Shown here piece after piece: positions 16,099-22,527 of a stretch of DNA of 40,858 nucleotides. The stretch comes from Ignavibacteria bacterium UBA6688 (lineage in GTDB: Bacteria > Bacteroidota > Ignavibacteria > UBA10030): the NCBI GenBank assembly GCA_002454845.1, contig DKJQ01000232.1, positions 4,819-45,676 on the forward strand, read 5' to 3'. Numbering within the stretch: position 1 is the stretch's first letter; each line of letters opens with the position of its first letter. The notes below the pieces were generated by a model. That model made no database searches and was not told the DNA's origin. It worked only from the letters and a program-made list of their open reading frames with translations. The translations under genes and the position numbers were made by a program.

Positions 16099-17628
16099 CT
16101 ATGGAATCCCGAATTCATCCTTGTATACCTTCCGGAGCAGGGCCGCCGCATTGTCGGGCGGGGTTCCAAACCTGTGAAGAATCAATGCGAGCATGACAAA
16201 GCTGGGTTGGTCCGCATCCTTAACACCCATAATCGGTTGACCGGCCCAACGCGGGGACGCCTGCATGCGATACAGCACCCTCGTGTTCACTTTGGGGATG
16301 ACACCACGGGGAAATGCGTAGATCGTGCCGAGATTGTCCCGTACCAGCGTCGGGTAAGCCGGATCGGACGACGTCTCGACGGTATCGCTGGCATTCAACC
16401 GGTTGGTGAAGAAGCTTGGCTCGACATTTTCAATGGGCGCGAAATCCACCAAGCTCCCCTGTCCGCTCACATTTTCCGGCAGACCTGCGCTGAACATAAC
16501 CTTCCCCCCTGCTTTCACAAATTCCGGGAGACTGGATTGGGCAATTTCGAGACTTGGTGAATTATCGGAGTACCAGAAAATGTACTTAAACAGTTTGATC
16601 GATTCCGTAAACGTCGGATTGATCAGCGGAGGCATATTGTCCCCGCGTTTGATCGCCGTGGCCCCCTTCTTGATGTCCCAAACATCCCGGGATCCGAGCC
16701 TCCCGTCCATCAGCGTATCGAACATCGCCGTATAGAAAGAGGTGGAAAAATCGGAGGGCAGATAATCGTCCACGATAAGAAAATCGCCATTCGGATGACG
16801 CACGTACCATGTACGATTTTCATCCGGCATGCGGATGGTCGCACTGAACGCCCCGGCAACATCCTTGGCTTTCAGGTAGAACACATGCAAGCCTTCGGGC
16901 AGCGACGCGGACCGATAGGTGATCGGATCGGCCGGAGTGATCGTCCTGTTGTGGAACAAGGTGACGCGATTGAAGGATCCGGGCAGAGTCTGCCAGGCAT
17001 TCTCCGCGAGGGTGTCATCGACTGCGATATAGAACGAATCGATGGTGCCGTTGCCGTCGAAATCCGTCGCATTCCACTGAAACGTGGCAATCGGATAGGT
17101 GGTATCGGGAACATTGGCGCTCAGAAGGAATGACACCACCGGGGGCGTGTTTTGGATCGGGTAGTGAAGAGTCGCAGGCGTGGGATCGGCCGCCCCGAAA
17201 TCCGTAAACGGTTCCCCCTCATCCCAGCGGCCATTGGCGTTGAGATCGACGTACGGCTCAGTGCCCCAGGGTCCGCTCGCATCGTAACGACCGTTGCCGC
17301 CGTTATCAATCGCGGAAACAAAGAAGGAATAGGTCGTGTCCGTGGTATTCAACCGGAGTGCAAAGAGGCTATCATTGCGGGGGGTGAAATGCCACGACAG
17401 ACTGTCGAAGGAAAACACGAATCCCACGACGAAACCGTCTTCGTCCGCACCCCACCACCGGATATGCTGCTGGCTGCTCGTACGGCGGAGCGAAACGTCC
17501 GGCTGGAGAGAAAGATACGTCTCGGGGGCCTTGTTCTCAAGGGGCTCGTTGGTAAAGCGTTCGGAACACCCCTGCCAAAACACCAGGAACGCGAGCATCA
17601 ATATCGAAAGTCGTGTCAAGATACGCAT
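16099..17628 (-). CDS. Lipoprotein of unknown function with three D-x-N-x-N-G-x-x-D loops
   Basis: 509 aa. The signal peptide ends FLVFWQGC. Three loops are DNGGNGRYD, DLNANGRWD and DFDGNGTID. No enzymatic motif recognised. Confidence 0.6.
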   Translation of the reverse strand: MRILTRLSILMLAFLVFWQGCSERFTNEPLENKAPETYLSLQPDVSLRRTSSQQHIRWWGADEDGFVVGFVFSFDSLSWHFTPRNDSLFALRLNTTDTTYSFFVSAIDNGGNGRYDASGPWGTEPYVDLNANGRWDEGEPFTDFGAADPTPATLHYPIQNTPPVVSFLLSANVPDTTYPIATFQWNATDFDGNGTIDSFYIAVDDTLAENAWQTLPGSFNRVTLFHNRTITPADPITYRSASLPEGLHVFYLKAKDVAGAFSATIRMPDENRTWYVRHPNGDFLIVDDYLPSDFSTSFYTAMFDTLMDGRLGSRDVWDIKKGATAIKRGDNMPPLINPTFTESIKLFKYIFWYSDNSPSLEIAQSSLPEFVKAGGKVMFSAGLPENVSGQGSLVDFAPIENVEPSFFTNRLNASDTVETSSDPAYPTLVRDNLGTIYAFPRGVIPKVNTRVLYRMQASPRWAGQPIMGVKDADQPSFVMLALILHRFGTPPDNAAALLRKVYKDEFGIP

Positions 17629-17686
17629 TCGAATTATTACGGGAAGGAGAGCGCGGTTGTCTCTCCTTCCCGCAAACGGATCGTAG

Positions 17687-19927
17687 TTACTTCAAGAGCA
17701 CCATTTTTTTGGCGGTCATGAAATCGCTCACTTTGAGCTGATAGATATAGACACCTGTGGCAAGACGCGACGCGTCGAAGGTGGCCATAAACGTCCCCGC
17801 CATTTGGTCTGCATTGACGACCGATGCGACTTCCTGGCCAAGGACATTGAACACCTTCAGGGTGACCCTGCCGGGAACCGGGATGGAATACCGGATCGTC
17901 GTACTGGGATTGAAGGGATTTGGATAATTCTGGCTCAGATCGAACTGGCCGGGAACAAGATCCACGGTTTCGACGCTTGTGACCGTCCCAAAGTCATCAT
18001 CCTTGCGCGGCTCAAGTTTATAGGAACTGAACGAATAGTCGAGAATTCCGCGTATAAATGATAACCGTGCACGGTGGGGAATGAGAATGGCACCGGAAGG
18101 CTTCGCCGTGTAAGAAGCAGACGTGTCGGCGTAGTACTTGTTGACTCCATTATCATTCACTCTCAATCCGAACGAGGTGGTGGCACTGCTGCCGATGAAG
18201 AACTCTCCGAAGTTACTCCCCGATCCGCCTGTCGCGTTATCTGCATTTCTTCCGACGACATAGGGGTTGTTAATCTGCACGAACACGCCTTCCCATTGTT
18301 CGAACGTCGCATTTCCATCCACGGGTGGATTGCTTAACGAATAGCTGACCGATCCAGATCCCGATATAGAAATTGTGGTCGGTCCGGGTACCGTTTTGTT
18401 TCTCTCATGAACGGTCTTCGAGAGAACCTGGATTTCTGTCTTGGAGAAGCTCTCCCGAACGATTCCTGTCACGGTGACACTGTCACCGCGCGCAAGGGTA
18501 TCAGCCCGCACGCCGGCCCCATTTCCGTAGATCGCAATACCCTTCCATGCTCCTGCCGATTCGGCAATGTAGAGCCGGGGGTTGGAAACAGTCTCTTTGA
18601 GATCGGTTGTGTCGGCCGTGACAACGCCCGAGACCGTCACCGTGTCGCCGACGAACGCCGGCCTTCCATTGACGTACGGAGTGTATTGAAGATCATACAC
18701 CGTCAGACCGTTGTCGCGGACCCGGTAGAAATACGGAACAGTCGCGTCGGGGAATGTCCCGGTGGATCCTTCCGAACCATACGCTTCGGCATAATAACTG
18801 ACGAGGCTGTTGTTTGCTTGTGCCGGGATCTGAGCGCGATACAGGGAGTCTCCTGCCGCCAGCGTGAGTTTCAACCGCGTGAAGGTTCCACTGTCCACCT
18901 TGTAGTACACGGCGGCGCTGTCGATCGTCGCTCCGGTATTGAGGTTCGATGCGCGGAACGTCACGCTCACGGAGTTGCTCGAAAGAGGAAGCCCGGGTGT
19001 GCGCGTGAGCCCGGTGATGCTCGGTGCGAACTTGTCAATAACCATGTCCCCTGCGTAGGTGGATCCATTCAGCTGACCCGGTCCTGGGTACAGCGGCATG
19101 ATGGTGTAGTCGCCGGCCGTTCCCGTCCTCGCCTGCGGAATGATGATCCCGCGAATATAGCTGAGCTTGGTACCGACGGGGGGGGCCGTGTAGCGCGAAT
19201 TTGAATAACGGTGTCCGCGTAAGGTATAGTACCCCGAGCCATCATAAATCTGCATCTGGTTCCCTGCGGCATCAACAAAGGTAAATCTCCCGGAAGAGAG
19301 ATCGACCGAATTGACCGTGACATTCCGAATGACAACGTACATCCCCTCATACTTTTCACCCCGGGAGGGGCGGGGTTGCGTCCCAACTGCGAAGCTGTCC
19401 ACGCTTAGCTCGATGGGGGCCGGGCGCGATCCGCTCTTCACGATTTCCACGGCCACCGGACTTGTGAATGCCGGTGCCGAGGTCGAATAAAGATACAATT
19501 CCGTCAGACTATTGGGCTGCGAGCCGAATTCAAGGGCACGCCCCACGACCGTAATGACATCACCGGTATCGACCGCTGTTATTTGGGTCGTTTGGGCGGC
19601 ATCGGAAGTGTCGTTGGTCAGAATGTTCAATCCCGCAAAAATTGCGCCCGTCGTCGTGTCCTGGATGAAGAGATTATACCGTGCCAGCGTGTAGGTGAGA
19701 ATTCTGGGTTTTACCAGAACAACCCCCGTGACACGGACTGTGTCGTTGCTCTGGACATATTGCGTGTTATCCAGGAGCGTTCCCGCCGCACTTTGCAGCT
19801 GGTCCATTTTGAGCAGGGAGTCGAGCGGAACGATATTGAGCTCGGGGATGGTCACATTCTTCTGTGCAGAGGCAAGGGAAACCATGCCGGCCAGGCAGAA
19901 GACCGTTAACAGTAGACGAGTTCTCAT
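17687..19927 (-). CDS. Secreted protein of unknown function with internal duplication and T9SS type-A C-terminal sorting domain
   Basis: 746 aa with signal peptide MRTRLLLTVFCLAGMVSLASAQ. The C-terminus is NYPNPFNPSTTIRYSIPVPGRVTLKVFNVLGQEV...TGVYIYQLKVSDFMTAKKMVLLK, a canonical Por secretion tail. Confidence 0.75.
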   Translation of the reverse strand: MRTRLLLTVFCLAGMVSLASAQKNVTIPELNIVPLDSLLKMDQLQSAAGTLLDNTQYVQSNDTVRVTGVVLVKPRILTYTLARYNLFIQDTTTGAIFAGLNILTNDTSDAAQTTQITAVDTGDVITVVGRALEFGSQPNSLTELYLYSTSAPAFTSPVAVEIVKSGSRPAPIELSVDSFAVGTQPRPSRGEKYEGMYVVIRNVTVNSVDLSSGRFTFVDAAGNQMQIYDGSGYYTLRGHRYSNSRYTAPPVGTKLSYIRGIIIPQARTGTAGDYTIMPLYPGPGQLNGSTYAGDMVIDKFAPSITGLTRTPGLPLSSNSVSVTFRASNLNTGATIDSAAVYYKVDSGTFTRLKLTLAAGDSLYRAQIPAQANNSLVSYYAEAYGSEGSTGTFPDATVPYFYRVRDNGLTVYDLQYTPYVNGRPAFVGDTVTVSGVVTADTTDLKETVSNPRLYIAESAGAWKGIAIYGNGAGVRADTLARGDSVTVTGIVRESFSKTEIQVLSKTVHERNKTVPGPTTISISGSGSVSYSLSNPPVDGNATFEQWEGVFVQINNPYVVGRNADNATGGSGSNFGEFFIGSSATTSFGLRVNDNGVNKYYADTSASYTAKPSGAILIPHRARLSFIRGILDYSFSSYKLEPRKDDDFGTVTSVETVDLVPGQFDLSQNYPNPFNPSTTIRYSIPVPGRVTLKVFNVLGQEVASVVNADQMAGTFMATFDASRLATGVYIYQLKVSDFMTAKKMVLLK

Positions 19928-19989
19928 ACAAACTCCTTTCGGGAAGTGGTGAGTGTGAATGGTGATGTGAGATCGGTAGATTCAAAGCG

Positions 19990-22035
19990 TTATTTGATGA
20001 TTAAGAATTTTCCCCGTTGAATGTCACCGCTCTCTTTATTTTGGACGGTGAAGAGATACAAACCGGTGGCGATCGCCTGGTCGTTCTGCGTGATGAGGTC
20101 CCACGCGTGCTCGCCTCCGGCAAACTGTTGTGTTCCGTCCGAAAACCGCTGGAACCAATTGATGTCGCTTCCATTATAGCCTGCAGCTTCATGCTCGAAT
20201 TGATCGACAATGTCGCCGGCGAGCGTATAGATCCGTATCTCGGCGCGCGGCGGAAGGTTATAGAAGTACAACTTTCGATCCCGTTCTCCCTGTCCATCCC
20301 AATACGCACGCGCATAATAGGGATTGGGGTAGACGCCAACATTTACCCCGGGTTGTTCCGCTGCAGGAGTCCCCGGCAAAACTCTCCGTAGAGTCTGAAT
20401 CCGGCTGCTTTCCAGGCTTTGGAGTCCCGTGTTGGAGTCGCCGGAGTCGAAGGCCGTAACGGCAAAACCGTATTGAAATCCGTTCAATAATCCTTTCACG
20501 GAAAATTTGTACCAGTAGTGTGTCGTGTCCGGAGGAAACGTCACTGATGCCGTGAGCCGAACGGCACCGAAACCGGTGTTGTAACCGATCTGGTCATCCG
20601 GTGAATCAAATTCGCCAAGAACGTTGAGGTTCCCGAGGAGGTTCTGGGAAACCGTCAGGTCGACACCTGTCTTTGTCCCGTAGACACGGTAGCCTTCGAA
20701 ATCCTTTTCATTGGAGATCGGGTCGACCGATGCCTCGGAAGACCGATCCCAGTAGATATCCACGAGCTTATCGCCCGGTACCACGTTGACCCGCGGCGGT
20801 GTTGGAGGAGACGGGAGAAAATAACGCTTCGGTTTTCCATTATCCGTCCAGATCTCGTCCTCATCTTCCATCCCGTTGCCGTTTCGGTCTTCACCGTTGT
20901 ATGTACGCTGCGCCCAGTCGGCTGCCTGGTAGAGGAAAACCTTCTGCGCGGGAGAATCATCCGTCGTTGGTGTTGAAAATTTTTTCTTCGCCGCGATCAG
21001 AGCGAACACGACGTTAACCGAATCACCGGCGGCAATCCTGCTGAAGGGCCCAACAGTCACCATGGACATGAAATTGCTGGGCTTGGGGATCCCGGCAATC
21101 TGCGCGGGTGCAAGCCCCAGGGCCATCTTGTCGTATTTGGCAACATCCGTCGGGGGGGAGAAATAGGTCGGGTCTGAAGTATTCCGGAATTGCCACGCTT
21201 GATATCCCGTAGTGTTTTTAAACGGTGTGGAGCCCAGGAACATCATCGCTGCGTAGGTGTCTGCAAGCCCGACATCGCCGTTGTAATCGTAGGCATAAGC
21301 CATATTCAGGGTATCGACATAACCCAATCCCCCTTTGTCGTAGAACGGCGCCCCTACGGTCGGGGGGGTGACATTCGTATTTCGTACAACCAGGTCGGCC
21401 CAGAGTGAAACGTACGCACTGTCCAGCGGGTATGAATTCAGGTTTTTGATCCAGTAGTTGAAAATCACAAAATTATCGGCGAACGAAAAATTGAAAGCGT
21501 AGGTCTCCTGATGAACGTTGATGTTGAGGGGATTGTGATTCGGGATCGGCTCGTTATTCTGGTTGGGGTTGGTCGTGTTCACATCAGTGAAATCCGCGAT
21601 GAAGTCCTGATGACTGATGGCATCCGGAGAATAGAACCGGTTATCGGCAAGCGACGATCGTTCGATCACCCGCGAATCCAGGCCGGTCGTGAACTCGAAC
21701 CCCTCTGAAACGCTCCGGAGGGAAGGTACATCGACGGCGCCGGTGGTGACGCGAATGCCATTCGGTGTCACCGCCCCGACCCACAATCCGCCGACGAAAC
21801 AATGTTCGATCCCGGATCCGCGGGGATATTGCATGGAAGGTTGTTGTGGCCAGAGACGAAATCCGTGACCGAACACGCCGTAGTTCGAAATCGTAATGGC
21901 AATGTTACCGACATTGGTGAACTTCGAATTGTCGTCGCCCGCGCCCTTGGAAATCGAAGAGCGCTCCTGGGCCATAGCGATGGTAATGAGGGAAGAGAAG
22001 AAGAGGATTCCAATACGTAGTCCACGCAGGCGCAT
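19990..22035 (-). CDS. Secreted protein of unknown function with divergent, expanded T9SS/FlgD-Ig-like C-terminal domain
   Basis: The ORF track extends to 22224. I prefer the ATG at 22035 (MRLRGLRIGILFFSSLITIAMAQE), which gives a signal peptide. The C-terminus is VYPNPYY...EIRIYTLAGDIVDQF...TGLYLFTVQNKESGDIQRGKFLIIK. Confidence 0.7.
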   Translation of the reverse strand: MRLRGLRIGILFFSSLITIAMAQERSSISKGAGDDNSKFTNVGNIAITISNYGVFGHGFRLWPQQPSMQYPRGSGIEHCFVGGLWVGAVTPNGIRVTTGAVDVPSLRSVSEGFEFTTGLDSRVIERSSLADNRFYSPDAISHQDFIADFTDVNTTNPNQNNEPIPNHNPLNINVHQETYAFNFSFADNFVIFNYWIKNLNSYPLDSAYVSLWADLVVRNTNVTPPTVGAPFYDKGGLGYVDTLNMAYAYDYNGDVGLADTYAAMMFLGSTPFKNTTGYQAWQFRNTSDPTYFSPPTDVAKYDKMALGLAPAQIAGIPKPSNFMSMVTVGPFSRIAAGDSVNVVFALIAAKKKFSTPTTDDSPAQKVFLYQAADWAQRTYNGEDRNGNGMEDEDEIWTDNGKPKRYFLPSPPTPPRVNVVPGDKLVDIYWDRSSEASVDPISNEKDFEGYRVYGTKTGVDLTVSQNLLGNLNVLGEFDSPDDQIGYNTGFGAVRLTASVTFPPDTTHYWYKFSVKGLLNGFQYGFAVTAFDSGDSNTGLQSLESSRIQTLRRVLPGTPAAEQPGVNVGVYPNPYYARAYWDGQGERDRKLYFYNLPPRAEIRIYTLAGDIVDQFEHEAAGYNGSDINWFQRFSDGTQQFAGGEHAWDLITQNDQAIATGLYLFTVQNKESGDIQRGKFLIIK

Positions 22036-22089
22036 CAACGGGTGTGCTTTGAAAAAAGAAGGAGAGACGCTGGGAAAAAAGTACCGGTC

Positions 22090-22117
22090 AATATATATAC
22101 TTTTGGGAGAGAAGCAA
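22090..22117 (-). promoter_or_regulatory. Possible sigma70-like promoter for the 22035-11213 operon
   Basis: On the minus strand: TTGCTT (22117-22112), 16-nt spacer, TATATT (22095-22090). It lies about 55 nt upstream of the ATG at 22035. This is a weak call. Confidence 0.25.
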
Positions 22118-22474
22118 CGAAGGTCGGTAACTTTTTTGTTATGCCTGTATGAACTCCAGGAGCGAGCTTTGGGCGCTCTATTCGGCACCTCAGGAGCGAA
22201 CCCTGGCTGAGGTACTTTCTTCACGTCACAGCGGAGAAACCTGTCGAATAGTGTGCGGGACGAGCCGGAAACAACCCTGGAGGGTTTTTTGCAAAAAAAC
22301 GCATGAAATGGAATTTTTCACCTGCGGATTACGCTCCGTCTCTGGTGAAGCAAGGCGCTGTATCGCGCGAGTTTTCACGGTGATTCCTCATCCCCGGACT
22401 GCTGCCGGGGTTTCACCAATCCTGACCTTGTGGCATATTCCATAGGTGACATCTGACTGCCACCGGACCAAGGC

Positions 22475-22504
22475 GGAACAAAGGAGTGGGATCATCATCC
22501 ACTC
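22475..22504 (-). terminator. Possible weak terminator after the beta-lactamase/VanX fusion gene
   Basis: On the minus strand: GAGTGG (22504-22499), 9-nt loop, CCACTC (22489-22484), then CTTTGTTCC. The stem is short and the U-tract is poor. Confidence 0.3.
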
Positions 22505-22527
22505 ATTCAGGCGGAAGGCCGGCAATT

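Noticed and set aside
22036-22224. N-terminal extension of the 744-aa ORF (MKKVPQPGFAPEVPNRAPK...)
   Set aside because: The extension has no signal peptide and looks non-coding. The internal ATG at 22035 yields a textbook signal peptide. The same logic was applied to 34979-35323 (PpiD-like), 24880-24972 (fusion protein), 25761-25862 (esterase), 16098-16169 (receptor) and 2550-2636 (membrane protein).
22273-22298. AACCCT-GG-AGGGTT hairpin followed by T6, and the TTTTTTGCAAAAAA palindrome, which looks like a plus-strand intrinsic terminator
   Set aside because: There is no plus-strand gene upstream to terminate. The effective stem is only 4-6 bp with a 2-4-nt loop, and the A/T palindrome would be unstable. 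It is kept only as part of the description of the non-coding region.
22149-22445. 98-aa plus-strand ORF inside the long intergenic region
   Set aside because: It has no ribosome-binding site and no recognisable domain. It is Cys/Arg/Ser-rich in a way typical of random translation. It would be the only plus-strand gene within about 33 kb.
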